35,650 nt of DNA from Candidatus Aenigmatarchaeota archaeon (lineage in GTDB: Archaea > Aenigmatarchaeota > Aenigmatarchaeia > CG10238-14 > SpSt-28): positions 1 through 35,650 of the forward strand of contig JBMFIJ010000003.1 in assembly GCA_049976365.1 (NCBI GenBank). Reading direction: 5' to 3'. The stretch's first letter is position 1, and each line of letters begins with the position of its first letter. Positions 16,955 to 27,164 of the stretch are shown here, one piece after another. Under the pieces are notes generated by a model. It was not told where the DNA came from. It searched no databases and saw only the letters and a program-made list of their open reading frames with translations. A program made the translations under genes and the position numbers.

Positions 16955-18565
16955 CTCCATCTCTAAAGCTGCTACAGGAATATATACTTTAAAGTTTTCT
17001 AAAACTTCTGGATTTATTTCTCCAAAGAATCCTATTTCCTTTTTATTATGAATTATTTTTCCACATCTCCCATTAATAAAGCTTGGATGATTATAATCTT
17101 CAAAGCTTATTTCAATATTTAATTTTTTGGCAATTTCTAAAGCAATTCTTTTAACTTCAGCAAAAAAAGAACCAGAAGAAGCAATAGCTAAGGCAACTTT
17201 TCTAACATTTTTGCTTAACGTTTCTTCATTTTTTTCTGGCAATACTACATCTCCAATTTCGAATATTTTTTGGGGATATGGTTCTTTTGTGTTTTTAGAT
17301 AAAAATTCCATCAAATCTGGTAAAAGCCAAACTCTTAATTGGGTATAACTTTCTGAAACAGGATTCTCTATTTTTATTGTTTCTTTCTCCTCTAATAACA
17401 TTTTTTTGAATTGTTTTTCGCTGTTGGTTAAAGCAGGTCTAACAATTTCTTGAAAACCAAAACCAACTAAGGCTTCTCTTATTTCATCAGAAATTTTCTC
17501 AATTGGATGAATTCCGCCAACCGTAAAAATGTTTGGAAGTTCAGGTTCAAAATTATTGTAACCAAAAGCTATCGCTAAATCTTCTACAATATCAATTTTA
17601 GAAATAATGTCAGTTCTGTAAGGAGGAGTTATAACTATTATTTTGTCTTTTTTAAACAAAGTTTTGTAGCCCATTTTTTTTAGCAAATTTTCTATTTCAT
17701 TTTCTTTGAATTCTCTTCCAAGAATTTTTGCAAAATAACTTTTTTCTATTTCTAAAGGCTTTTCAATCCATTCTGGAGTATATTCTTCTTTCTTCCCTTT
17801 AATCTTAACTCCTTCAATTTTGTAGCCTCTTTCTGAAAAAGACAAAACTAGAATGTTTAAGACTTTATTGACTAAATTTTTATCAGTTCCTGTAACATCG
17901 ATAAAAATATTTTTTGTGTTCTCAGTAATTTTGGTTCTTTCTGAGTTTAATATTGGTGGAAAGCTAAAAATTCCCTCTTCATCTATAAAAGCGGGCCATT
18001 TATTTGCTTCGATAATTAATTTCCCATACTTTTTTCCTTTTTCAGTTTTTGCTAATACATCAATTAAACTCATTTCTTCTTTTTCCCCTAAGGGAACAAA
18101 TTTTTCGTTACGAGAAACGCCTTTATAAAAAATTTTTCCTTTTATTTTATCAAAATCATGCAAACCAATGGCAACTTTTTTTCTACCTCTTCCTATAGTT
18201 TCATGAAGAATTTCTTGGGAATTCATTAGACTTTTTATTAATAAATCGCTCATCTTTACATTTTTCACGATAGCACAAGCTATAAAAGGTCTTACAGGCA
18301 CATCTTCTTTAAAAACTGTAATTTTAGAATCATGAATTTTAACTTCATTCATTTTAATTCCAATAAGACCTTTCAAAACTCTAGCAAATCCTTCTATAGT
18401 AAACATATCTATTCTATCAGCAGTTAACTCTACTTTTATTTCCTCTTCTGTTATTTCTTCTATGTTTGATTTAAAAGAGTTTACAATTTCCTCTATTTCT
18501 TCATCTTTTAGTTCTCTTCCTATCAGATTGAACAAATCTTTTTTATTAAAGGTTATGACTGGCAT
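16931..18565 (-). CDS. pheT: Phenylalanine--tRNA ligase beta subunit
   Basis: MPVIT, DRIDM, GRKKVAIGLHD, SFPPILNS, PPYRTDI, DIVEDLAIAFGY; TAATG overlap with pheS sets the start at 18565. Confidence 0.95.
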   Translation of the reverse strand: MPVITFNKKDLFNLIGRELKDEEIEEIVNSFKSNIEEITEEEIKVELTADRIDMFTIEGFARVLKGLIGIKMNEVKIHDSKITVFKEDVPVRPFIACAIVKNVKMSDLLIKSLMNSQEILHETIGRGRKKVAIGLHDFDKIKGKIFYKGVSRNEKFVPLGEKEEMSLIDVLAKTEKGKKYGKLIIEANKWPAFIDEEGIFSFPPILNSERTKITENTKNIFIDVTGTDKNLVNKVLNILVLSFSERGYKIEGVKIKGKKEEYTPEWIEKPLEIEKSYFAKILGREFKENEIENLLKKMGYKTLFKKDKIIVITPPYRTDIISKIDIVEDLAIAFGYNNFEPELPNIFTVGGIHPIEKISDEIREALVGFGFQEIVRPALTNSEKQFKKMLLEEKETIKIENPVSESYTQLRVWLLPDLMEFLSKNTKEPYPQKIFEIGDVVLPEKNEETLSKNVRKVALAIASSGSFFAEVKRIALEIAKKLNIEISFEDYNHPSFINGRCGKIIHNKKEIGFFGEINPEVLENFKVYIPVAALEMELNPNPRE

Positions 18566-19773
18566 TATCTCTCCCTCAACCACTTCAAATCGTCAGAATA
18601 TAAATATCTTATATCATCTATGTTCATTTTAAGCATTGCTAACCTACCTAAGCCTAAACCCCAAGCTAATACAGGAACTTTTACTCCTAATGGATAAGTC
18701 ACTTCTTCTCTAAAAATTCCTGCACCACCAGCTTCAACCCATCCCAACTTCTCTATTTTAACATACATTTCAACGCTTGGTTCTGTAAAAGGAAAATACG
18801 ACGGCTTAAATTTGACTTCTTTTGAACCAAAAATCTTTGCTATTTCTTTTAGATATCCAAGTAAATGTTTAAAACTCAAATTTTCGTCAGCAACTATACC
18901 TTCACACTGTTCAAACTCTATAAAATGTTTGGCATCTATTGTATCAGGCCTGAAAACTTTATCAATTGCAAAGATTTTTATAGGCAAATTTTTACTTTTT
19001 GATAATTCTCTTGCAGATATTGCAGTGCAATGACTTCTTAGAATTAATTTTTTCGCAAGCTTTTCATCCCAATATCCCCATTTGCTTTCATGAGTTTCTT
19101 TTACATTTTTCCAAATTTCTTTTTCTTTTATTTTTCCCTCTCCACTAACAAAAAATATGTCGTGAATTTCTCTTGCAGGATGGTCGCTTGGCATAAAAAG
19201 AGCATCACAATTCCAAAAATTCAATTCAACTAATGGTCCTTTAGCCTCCTTAAAACCTAGACTTATTAAAAATTCCTTAACTTCTTTGATAACTTTTGTA
19301 TAAGGATGAATTTTTCCAGGATAGATTTCAGCAGGGGGAATATCAATAGAATATTTCTTTATTTTAACCTCTCTCCAAAAACCACTTTTTATTAGTTCGC
19401 TATTTAGAACTGGAATTTCTTTTCCTTTTAATTCTTCAAGATGTTCATATTTTGCTTTTTCTATAAGATTTCTTTGGAGTAAAATTTTTATCAGTTCATC
19501 GCTAATTTCTTTTTCTCTTCCCTCTTTTATTTTTTTTAGTGCTTCTTCTTCTGGAAAATTTTCAGGTTTTTTAATAAGCACTATTCTGTTAAACTTTATT
19601 TCAACAAAACCTTTTTTCTTAGCCCAAAGCAATGCAATATTTAAATCTTCAATTTCTCTTTCAGCCACCTCTATTTCTACATTTCCATTCTTTTCAAGAT
19701 ATTCGATTAATCTCTTTTCCGGCAATCCTATTTGCAGATATTTCTCCCCTTCTTCTGTCAAAAAATATTGCAT
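18565..19773 (-). CDS. pheS: Phenylalanine--tRNA ligase alpha subunit
   Basis: FWNCDALFMPSDHPAR, LRSHCT, KVFRPDTIDAKH, YFPFTEPS, AWGLGLGRLAM. Confidence 0.96.
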   Translation of the reverse strand: MQYFLTEEGEKYLQIGLPEKRLIEYLEKNGNVEIEVAEREIEDLNIALLWAKKKGFVEIKFNRIVLIKKPENFPEEEALKKIKEGREKEISDELIKILLQRNLIEKAKYEHLEELKGKEIPVLNSELIKSGFWREVKIKKYSIDIPPAEIYPGKIHPYTKVIKEVKEFLISLGFKEAKGPLVELNFWNCDALFMPSDHPAREIHDIFFVSGEGKIKEKEIWKNVKETHESKWGYWDEKLAKKLILRSHCTAISARELSKSKNLPIKIFAIDKVFRPDTIDAKHFIEFEQCEGIVADENLSFKHLLGYLKEIAKIFGSKEVKFKPSYFPFTEPSVEMYVKIEKLGWVEAGGAGIFREEVTYPLGVKVPVLAWGLGLGRLAMLKMNIDDIRYLYSDDLKWLRER

Positions 19774-19809
19774 AAAGTATATAGCTTCTTACATTAAAAA
19801 ATTGTTGAC

Positions 19810-20562
19810 TTATCTTATTGGTTTGTAAATTTTCCATCCTATATCTTTTCCAGTTAAAAGATAAGCTAAGTATATTCCGAGATATCTAGCTGCTCCTTTA
19901 ATTTTTCCCCATTTCTCAATTCTTCTTGGAGAAGTTAATACAAAAGACGAATTTATTATTTTTATCTTTCCATATTGAGATATTCTTTTAGAAAAATCAT
20001 AATCTTCCAATATTTTTAGCTTTTCGTTGAATCCTCCACATTTTAAAAACACATCCCTTTTTACAGCCATAAACATTCCAGCAACTTGTGGCTTATTCAT
20101 TCTTATACTATATTCTGAAAACTGATTGTAAAACCAATATAAAAAATAGTAGGAAGGCTTATATGAAGATGGGGCAACAGGAACAGAAACTAGTACTGTA
20201 TTTTTTTCTTTTAATGCTTTGTAAACTTCTTCTAGAGTATTTGGCAATACTATAGTATCAGCATCTATAAATACTAATATTTTTCCTTCTGCATATTTAG
20301 CACCCAAATTTCTTCCAAGAGAAATTCCCCTTCTTTTACAAATTATAATTTTGTTCGCATATTTTTTTGCAATTTTAATAGTTCTATCTTTACTGTTAGC
20401 ATCACTAATTATTATTTCATATGGTAGCTTAATGGTTTGTGATTTTAGAGCTAAAAGAGTTTTTTCTATGTATCTTTCTTCGTTTAGAGTCGGAATTATT
20501 ACAGATATTCTAGGATTTTTAACCCTCTTTATTATCAAAACTCTTTCTCTCTCCCTCTCCAT
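19810..20562 (-). CDS. Family 2 glycosyltransferase
   Basis: ISVIIPTLNEE, SDANSKDRT, RNLGA, FIDADT, GGFNE, EDYDF. Confidence 0.92.
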   Translation of the reverse strand: MERERERVLIIKRVKNPRISVIIPTLNEERYIEKTLLALKSQTIKLPYEIIISDANSKDRTIKIAKKYANKIIICKRRGISLGRNLGAKYAEGKILVFIDADTIVLPNTLEEVYKALKEKNTVLVSVPVAPSSYKPSYYFLYWFYNQFSEYSIRMNKPQVAGMFMAVKRDVFLKCGGFNEKLKILEDYDFSKRISQYGKIKIINSSFVLTSPRRIEKWGKIKGAARYLGIYLAYLLTGKDIGWKIYKPIR

Positions 20563-20589
20563 ATATTCTTAATTAGCAATTACAGAAAT

Positions 20590-21732
20590 TTATTGATGAA
20601 TTTTTTTCCACATTTCTCTAGCTAATTCTCCATCATACTTAAAAACATTAACTAGATCTTTGGCCTTTTCTCTATTTTCATTGTGTTTTTCTAGGAATTT
20701 TACAATTTTTTCAATTAACATATCTTTTAATTCCCCAGTTAGCAATTTACCGCTTCTATAATCTTCCTCAATCTTTTTTATTTTTTTATCATCTTCTTCA
20801 AAAAGAATTTTTAGCCACTGAAAACTAACATCTATATCTGGATTGCCACCCAATTTTCTATGTAACTCAATAGTCGGTTGACCTCCAGAAAAGGCATACT
20901 TGTAAATTTTTTCTCTAACGCTTTTTTCATCATCTGACAAATAAATTGCGGTTTCTGGCTTGCTAGATGACATTTTTCCTTCAATTCCTGTTAAAGGCGG
21001 TAAAAACTTGGAGTGTATTTGAGAGGATTTTATCTTTTCCAATTTTTCTGCTACATCTCTTTGCAATCGCCAAAATGGATCTTGATCTATTGCTGCAGGT
21101 ATTAAACATATTTTTTCTTCAAAGAATGTTGGTGCTATTTCCAAAGATGGAAAGAAAATTAACCCAATATTTGTTTCATTCGTGAAGCCAAAAACAGCTT
21201 TAACTGTTGAAAAGTTTATTTTCTTTGCTATTTTTAAGGCTAGAGGGTACATGTTTTTAATATACTCAGTATCTTGGAAAATGAAAGTTTTATTTGGGTC
21301 AAAACCAACAGCAATTATATCTAAGATGTTTTCGTAAGACCATTTTTTTGTTTCTTCTAGACTTAGCTTTCTTTTCGGTTCTAGAAATTTTTCATCATCG
21401 GTTAGTTCTATGTAAACATTAACCTTAAACTTTTCTTGCAGCCATTTTGTAAAAAGAAATGGGATTAAGTGACCAATATGCATCGGACCGCTAGGTCCCC
21501 TACCAGTATAAAGAAAAAATCCTCTTTTTCTTTCATATTCTTCCAAAACTATTTCTAAGTCTCTATGGGCGAAAAAATAGCCTCTTCTTACTAGTACATG
21601 CAAATCTTTGGTAAATTTCTTCAATCTTTCTAAAATTTTATCATCGATTTCCTTTAAGCCAAATTTTTCTATTAAGCTTTTATAATCTACTTTACCTTCT
21701 ACTTCCCATGGTGTTACTTTAAATTCTTCCAT
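20590..21732 (-). CDS. trpS: Tryptophan--tRNA ligase
   Basis: VTPWEV, YTGRGPSGPMHIGH, AIDQDPF, KMSSS, AFSGGQ. Confidence 0.97.
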   Translation of the reverse strand: MEEFKVTPWEVEGKVDYKSLIEKFGLKEIDDKILERLKKFTKDLHVLVRRGYFFAHRDLEIVLEEYERKRGFFLYTGRGPSGPMHIGHLIPFLFTKWLQEKFKVNVYIELTDDEKFLEPKRKLSLEETKKWSYENILDIIAVGFDPNKTFIFQDTEYIKNMYPLALKIAKKINFSTVKAVFGFTNETNIGLIFFPSLEIAPTFFEEKICLIPAAIDQDPFWRLQRDVAEKLEKIKSSQIHSKFLPPLTGIEGKMSSSKPETAIYLSDDEKSVREKIYKYAFSGGQPTIELHRKLGGNPDIDVSFQWLKILFEEDDKKIKKIEEDYRSGKLLTGELKDMLIEKIVKFLEKHNENREKAKDLVNVFKYDGELAREMWKKIHQ

Positions 21733-21785
21733 TAGAGATATTGGTTGCTAATTAAAAATTTAAATTCAAATTTGAAGAATTCTGT

Positions 21786-22190
21786 ATGCCAGTATTCAAG
21801 TTTGTAATAAGTGATCCTGAAACAAGAAAGGCTTATCAGTTAGAAGTAGATCAATCTAAAGCTACATTTCTAATAGGTAAAAAAATTGGCGAGGAATTTG
21901 ATGCCTCTCCACTTGGATTAACAGGTTATGTTTTAAAAATAACTGGTGGAACTGATAAAGACGGCTTTCCAATGCATCCTCAAATAGAAGGCGCAGTTAA
22001 AAAAAGAGTTCTTCTAGAAGGACCTCCTGGCTTTTATCCAGAGAGAAAAGGACAAAGAAAGAAAAAAACAGTTAGAGGTAATACCATATCTTTAGATATA
22101 GTTCAGATAAATTGTAAGGTTGTTAAAAAAGGAGAAAAATCTTTAGAAGAACTAGTTCCAAAAAAGGAAAAGAAGGAAGAGAAAAAATAA
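21786..22190 (+). CDS. rps6e: 30S ribosomal protein S6e
   Basis: FKFVISDP, LKITGGTDKDGFPM, GQRKKKTVRGN, QINCKV. Confidence 0.96.
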   Translation: MPVFKFVISDPETRKAYQLEVDQSKATFLIGKKIGEEFDASPLGLTGYVLKITGGTDKDGFPMHPQIEGAVKKRVLLEGPPGFYPERKGQRKKKTVRGNTISLDIVQINCKVVKKGEKSLEELVPKKEKKEEKK

Positions 22191-22214
22191 ATTTATAAAT
22201 TTAAATAGTATTCT

Positions 22215-22448
22215 ATGCCGTTCTTACAAAAAGAAATTTGGGAGTGTCCGTTTTGTGGGAAAGAAACAATAGAAGTTTTAGTCAGACCAGCAACTTATGT
22301 TGCAAAAAGAAGCGCAGTTAGAGGGGGAAGAAAAACCAGTTATCATAAAGTCTCTGCAGAAATAGTTATATTAAGCGAAAGCTGCTCTAACTGCGGAAAA
22401 AAGAAAGAAGAAATTGAGAAAAAATGGAGAGAAATGAAGATAATTTAA
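22215..22448 (+). CDS. Small zinc-ribbon protein
   Basis: CPFCG...CSNCG with a basic insert between the Cys pairs. Confidence 0.7.
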   Translation: MPFLQKEIWECPFCGKETIEVLVRPATYVAKRSAVRGGRKTSYHKVSAEIVILSESCSNCGKKKEEIEKKWREMKII

Positions 22449-22469
22449 GCTTAGAATTTAATTTTATAG

Positions 22470-22931
22470 ATGTTTGAAAAAATTTTGATAAATCTTTATA
22501 GAGAAGAACTTAATCAATCTGATATAGAGAAAGTTAAGAATCTGGTCTCAGATTTTTATAAAGTGCCGAGAGAAGTTCTAGATAAAGTTAAGATTTCATA
22601 TTCAAATCTTCCAACTTTTTATGCATGTGTAATAAGAAAAATCGGAGATTATGTTCAAGTGTTATATAGACCAATAGCAAAAATTCTTGGAGTTTACAAT
22701 CCAAAAACTAAAGAGGTTTATATAGATAAAAAAATTCCCTATAATTTGAAGGTTAAAACTTTAATTCACGAGTATGTACATGCAATACAAGATTATCTAG
22801 GAAAACTTTATACTAATAGCAAAAGAGAATTAGAAAAAGAAGCGCATAAAGTTTCAGATTATCTTTTTAAAATTTATAACCAAGCTTCTCAAAAATTTGC
22901 TTCATTTTTAAACTATCCAACTCTAGTTTAG
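22470..22931 (+). CDS. HExxH zincin-like metallopeptidase domain protein
   Basis: LGVYNP...VYID...TLIHEYVHAIQ...ELEKEAH. Confidence 0.75.
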   Translation: MFEKILINLYREELNQSDIEKVKNLVSDFYKVPREVLDKVKISYSNLPTFYACVIRKIGDYVQVLYRPIAKILGVYNPKTKEVYIDKKIPYNLKVKTLIHEYVHAIQDYLGKLYTNSKRELEKEAHKVSDYLFKIYNQASQKFASFLNYPTLV

Positions 22932-23691
22932 GAGATTCAGAAATTATTGCTATGTTTATTTTTCTTTTTAAAATCTCTTTTGCTAATGGTTCGAATGGTG
23001 GGTGAGAATTTATTGGTTCGTGTACATCAACAAATTTTTTTGTATTTATATTGTATTTCATGTTTGAAAAATGAGAAAAAACAATGTCAAAATTCTTAAC
23101 TTTTTCCAAAATTTCTGAATAATCAATTTTCCCGTTGTTTCTAGCATAAATGTGTGCAAAATCTACACATATTGTTAACATTTTTGATTTTACTTCTTTC
23201 ATAAGTTTTAACAATTCATCTAAATCTGCAAATTGGCTTTCTTTTGCCATAGTTTCATAAGCGATTTTTGTTTTCTTTATTCCCATTTTTTCTGCTTCAT
23301 AAATAATCTTCAATGTAATATCCTTCATTTTTTCAAAAGCTTCCTCTTTTTCTAATTTTCCATAGTAGGCAGCATGAACTACTACAACTTCTGCTTCCAT
23401 CCTTTCTGCTCTATCCAAGCTTTCTAAAATTCTTTTTATAGAAGCGTTTACGACGTCTTTTTTATCAGAAAGTAAATTTATAAAATAGGGTGCATGTACG
23501 CTTAATCTTATTTCATAATTTTTTGCTTGTCTTCCAACTTCTTCAGCGGCTTTTTGGGAAAGATAAATGCTTCTTACAAATTCTATTTCCTGTGCATTTA
23601 AACCAAGCTCTTTCAATCTTTCAAAAGAACCTAATGTTGTTTTTTCTTTTGCTGTTAGACAATTGCCACCAGGCCCCAAAAAAATCTTCAT
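22867..23691 (-). CDS. nfo: Endonuclease IV (AP endonuclease, TIM barrel)
   Basis: SVHAPYFINL, VVHAAYY, YETMAK, CVDFAH, SHFS, DVH, ISESP metal-ligand motifs. Confidence 0.88.
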   Translation of the reverse strand: MKIFLGPGGNCLTAKEKTTLGSFERLKELGLNAQEIEFVRSIYLSQKAAEEVGRQAKNYEIRLSVHAPYFINLLSDKKDVVNASIKRILESLDRAERMEAEVVVVHAAYYGKLEKEEAFEKMKDITLKIIYEAEKMGIKKTKIAYETMAKESQFADLDELLKLMKEVKSKMLTICVDFAHIYARNNGKIDYSEILEKVKNFDIVFSHFSNMKYNINTKKFVDVHEPINSHPPFEPLAKEILKRKINIAIISESPKLELDSLKMKQIFEKLGYKF

Positions 23692-23748
23692 AATATTTTT
23701 TCCTCAATATAAGTTAAGTATTTAAGCTTTTCTATCCATTAGTAATTA

Positions 23749-24081
23749 ATGGAAGATTGGAAAAATCTTTTGGACGATAAAACGAAAGAAGAGTTGAAAG
23801 AACTAATAGAAAGAGCAGCTAAACATAGATATGCTTATTCACAAGCAGATGATGTTAGAATTGCACAAATTTGGGCAGCATTAACAGAGATTGCTAAGGA
23901 TGTTAAGGAAATAAAAGAGAAACTAGGAAAAGTAGAAGAACCATTCAAGGCAATAATTGAAGTAGGAGAAGAAGAAAAAAGAAAAGCAATTCAAAGAATT
24001 GTTGAAGAAATAATAAGACCAGCTGATAAGGAAACTCAAGAAATAACTAAAAAGTTGGTAGACACTTTAATGAAATTTTAA
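23749..24081 (+). CDS. Hypothetical helical protein
   Basis: 110-aa ORF with host-like K/E composition; TATA-like tttaag upstream. Confidence 0.75.
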   Translation: MEDWKNLLDDKTKEELKELIERAAKHRYAYSQADDVRIAQIWAALTEIAKDVKEIKEKLGKVEEPFKAIIEVGEEEKRKAIQRIVEEIIRPADKETQEITKKLVDTLMKF

Positions 24082-24092
24082 AGGAGATTAGC

Positions 24093-24410
24093 TTGGTAAG
24101 AAAATACCTAGTAGAAATAGGAAAGAGAGACGGCTATCTTTTTGCAGATTTTAGAGGAAACGGCATAGTTTATAAAATTCCAGAAGCTTATGAGAAAGAA
24201 GTAGTGGATAAAATAAAAAAAGAAATAGAAAGATACAGAGGAATAAAAAGAAAATTAATTGAAGAAGCTTCGGCTTTAGGAGTAATAATAATTCCTACGA
24301 CGATTGGCGGCGATGATCCATACTTTTTGGAGTTAAAGCAAAACATAGAAAAAATTCTTAAAAAATATGCAATAGAAAGATATTCGAGTTTGGAAAATTA
24401 TATGAAATAA
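24093..24410 (+). CDS. Hypothetical protein
   Basis: TTG start preceded by SD aaggag; fills the gap between neighbours. Confidence 0.7.
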   Translation: MVRKYLVEIGKRDGYLFADFRGNGIVYKIPEAYEKEVVDKIKKEIERYRGIKRKLIEEASALGVIIIPTTIGGDDPYFLELKQNIEKILKKYAIERYSSLENYMK

Positions 24411-24458
24411 ACAGAGTCTTTTTAAATTAACTTTTATCTTCTCAGAAGGAAATAAAAT

Positions 24459-25004
24459 ATGGCTGTTTTTTTGGATATAGAAACAACAAGTTTAAATGCA
24501 GATGTAGGATTTTTGGTTTTAGTAGGTTTTGTTTCTGATAAGGAGGAAAAATTCTTTTTTGTTGACTCACCAATAAAAGAAAAAGAGGTTTTAGAGCAAG
24601 TATTAGATTATTTGGAAAAAATAAAGGGAGAGAAAATATATGTTTGGAATGCAAAGTTTGATATACCATTTTTAATTTCTAAATGCTCTAAGTACAACTT
24701 AAACCTAAAAATTTTCACAAAATTAAAGGTTTTTGATTTGCTAAATTTTTCAAGAGAATTTCTCAAACTTTCTAGTAATAGGTTAGATGATGTTTGTAGC
24801 TTTCTTGGCATTCAAAAGAACGTTTTGATTACAGGAAAAATGGTTCAAATTTTTTATGAGGAATACTTGTCTGGAAATCAAGAAAGAAAAAAAGATATTA
24901 TTGAACATTGCAGAGACGATTTAGTCGGATTAAAAAGTTTCTACGAAAAATTTAAAGAACTGATAAGTCATTGGGAAAAGAAATATAAGAATTTCTTATT
25001 TTAA
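24459..25004 (+). CDS. RNase H-like DEDD exonuclease (YprB/RNase_H_2 family)
   Basis: FLDIETT, WNAKFDIPFL, FDL, RLDDVCSFLG, HCRDDL. Confidence 0.85.
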   Translation: MAVFLDIETTSLNADVGFLVLVGFVSDKEEKFFFVDSPIKEKEVLEQVLDYLEKIKGEKIYVWNAKFDIPFLISKCSKYNLNLKIFTKLKVFDLLNFSREFLKLSSNRLDDVCSFLGIQKNVLITGKMVQIFYEEYLSGNQERKKDIIEHCRDDLVGLKSFYEKFKELISHWEKKYKNFLF

Positions 25005-26147
25005 CTCATTTATTGCTTCTTCTATTCTTATCATTTCATTTATCTTAACTATTCTTTCACCAGATATACCAAGTTTAAAATAGTCAGCTCCAAATCCGAC
25101 TGCAAGGTGTGATAATATATTATCATCAGTTTCAGCACTTCTATGAGATACGACTATCTTTAAATTATTCTTTTTAGCTTCTTTTACAAAATTTAGAGCA
25201 TCAGTTACTGTGCCAATTTGGTTTGGCTTAACTAAAACTGCGTTGGTAGCTTTTATGTCCAAGCCGAGCTTCAACCTTTTTACATTTGTAGCATATATGT
25301 CATCTCCAACCACAAGACAATTTGAATTTTTTGTAAAAACAGAAAAGCTTACGAAATCGTCTTGATGGAAAGGATCTTCAACGTAAAATAGTTTAAACTT
25401 CCTTTGTAAATCAACCATGTATTCTATTTGTTGCATTGTACTCAATTCTTTGTCTTTATATATGTATCTTTCTCCACTCCAAAGATTGCTAGCTGCCACA
25501 TCCAAGCCTAAAGCTATATTTTCTGTTTTTATTCTTTCTAAAATTTCTAAAATTTCTTCTGTCTTTAAAGAAGTTACCCAAGCTGATTCCAAATTTTTAG
25601 AGTAATTAAAATTCTTATCAGACTTTTTTAGTTCGTCTGCAAGCTTCAAGTATATATTTGAAATTTCTTCAATAGACTCTTGAAAACTCTCCTGATGAAT
25701 TGGTAAAAGTAAAAATTCTTGTATGTCGCTTTGTTTATTCCAACCACCAGCTACATTGCAAACAGGCTTTGGTATTTGGGGATTCTTATTTAAATAATAG
25801 AAAACTGGTAGATTTTCTTCCATAGCAAAAGCTTTTAGAAAAGAGTATGAGATAGCTAAAGCTAAATTACCGCCTATTTCTCTCAAATCTTCTGTTTTAT
25901 CTATTGAATGTATTAATTCATCAACATCTTTTAATTCATCAAAATCGTCAATCAAATATTTTTTTATTCTTAAGAAATTTTCCTTGACTTTTTCAAAAGG
26001 GAGATATTTTACTTCATATTTGCTTTTACTGGTTCCGAAAGGAACAGAAGAATAAACTACACCTTTACTAGTTTTTAATTCTACTTCTGTAGTTATTTTT
26101 GAATTAGAAGCTAAAACTTTTCTAAGTTTTATATCTAAAACTCTCAT
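24996..26147 (-). CDS. eno: Enolase (divergent)
   Basis: IQEFL, GLDVAAS, VEDPF, VGDDIYATN, LVKPNQIGT, VSHRSAET, ERIVKINE. Confidence 0.9.
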   Translation of the reverse strand: MRVLDIKLRKVLASNSKITTEVELKTSKGVVYSSVPFGTSKSKYEVKYLPFEKVKENFLRIKKYLIDDFDELKDVDELIHSIDKTEDLREIGGNLALAISYSFLKAFAMEENLPVFYYLNKNPQIPKPVCNVAGGWNKQSDIQEFLLLPIHQESFQESIEEISNIYLKLADELKKSDKNFNYSKNLESAWVTSLKTEEILEILERIKTENIALGLDVAASNLWSGERYIYKDKELSTMQQIEYMVDLQRKFKLFYVEDPFHQDDFVSFSVFTKNSNCLVVGDDIYATNVKRLKLGLDIKATNAVLVKPNQIGTVTDALNFVKEAKKNNLKIVVSHRSAETDDNILSHLAVGFGADYFKLGISGERIVKINEMIRIEEAINELK

Positions 26148-26167
26148 AAGTTATGTTTTGTTTTTAA

Positions 26168-27007
26168 TCAAATTAAATTTCCAACAAACTTTAATAACCA
26201 AAACAAAGAATTTCCAATCAAGAGGGTAAAGAGTAAGGCAATTAGAAAACTTGGAGCAAACGGAACTCCAATTTTTATATAAACATATTTTTTTCCACTT
26301 TTCTTTATTTTTTTGACTTCTTCTTCAGTTATTCCATCCCACCTTTTACTATCTTTTAAGACATCTCCAGCTTTAAGTTCAAATACTGGAATTTTTTTTA
26401 CAAAAGTTTTTTCTACGGATTTTGAAAAAATAAGAAGAATCATTAATAAGTATGTAAAAGCTATCGTTAACAGTATTAGTTTAAAGTATAATTGATTGAA
26501 AAGCCAATATGAAATGAAAATTGATAAAAACAGTAAAACAAAAAAGGAAATACCAATACTTAAAGCATTGTTACGTAAATCTTTTTCGAAAAATTTTAAA
26601 ACTTTTTTGTTTTTAATTGTGTAAATAAGAGAATAAAAAATCATGTATATCGTACCAAGAAAGAAAAGATTAGTTAAATAGTCGAAGAAAAAAGGAAATT
26701 CAGATTTAAAGTGTATGTTTATTGGAGATATGAATCCTATGGCAGAAAGTAAAAAAGCGTCTCCCATTCCCCATTGACCAAAAAAATACATTGAAAAGCC
26801 AATTATTGAAAATAAAAATCCATTAAATAACATTTGTCTAATTACCTCAAAGTTTTTGGTGAATGAATAGTTTAAAACATTCGTTATTATGCCAAGCAAA
26901 ATTAATAAAATTGGCAATAAATCAGGTATTTCCGTGGTTTTTAAATCATAGTAAGAAGCTATTAAAGTTCCAAAGAATGCTATCAAAAAAGATAAAATCT
27001 CAAACAT
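26168..27007 (-). CDS. A24 family prepilin peptidase (PibD/FlaK-like)
   Basis: YYDLKTTEIPD, GMGDA (GxGD), VPFAPSF; polytopic membrane protein. Confidence 0.85.
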   Translation of the reverse strand: MFEILSFLIAFFGTLIASYYDLKTTEIPDLLPILLILLGIITNVLNYSFTKNFEVIRQMLFNGFLFSIIGFSMYFFGQWGMGDAFLLSAIGFISPINIHFKSEFPFFFDYLTNLFFLGTIYMIFYSLIYTIKNKKVLKFFEKDLRNNALSIGISFFVLLFLSIFISYWLFNQLYFKLILLTIAFTYLLMILLIFSKSVEKTFVKKIPVFELKAGDVLKDSKRWDGITEEEVKKIKKSGKKYVYIKIGVPFAPSFLIALLFTLLIGNSLFWLLKFVGNLI

Positions 27008-27011
27008 CTTC

Positions 27012-27164
27012 TCAGCTATATTTTTTAAAACCTATACTTTCTGCAACTTCTCTGAAACACTTCCTACAATAATAAAGTCCGTATTTTCTTATTACTCCCC
27101 TAGTTGAGCCACATCTTCTACAAACATGAGTAGCCTTACCAAACTTTTTCGGCAGTTCAACCAC
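27012..27164 (-). CDS. rps14: 30S ribosomal protein S14 (zinc-binding type)
   Basis: Translated by hand: [50 protein letters not shown]; GTG start with SD aggag. Absent from the ORF track. Confidence 0.95.
   Translation of the reverse strand: MVELPKKFGKATHVCRRCGSTRGVIRKYGLYYCRKCFREVAESIGFKKYS

Noticed and set aside
20541-20562. GA-rich run at the GT2 start (MERERER) as a phase-variable repeat
   Set aside because: Interrupted and short; not a pure tandem repeat.
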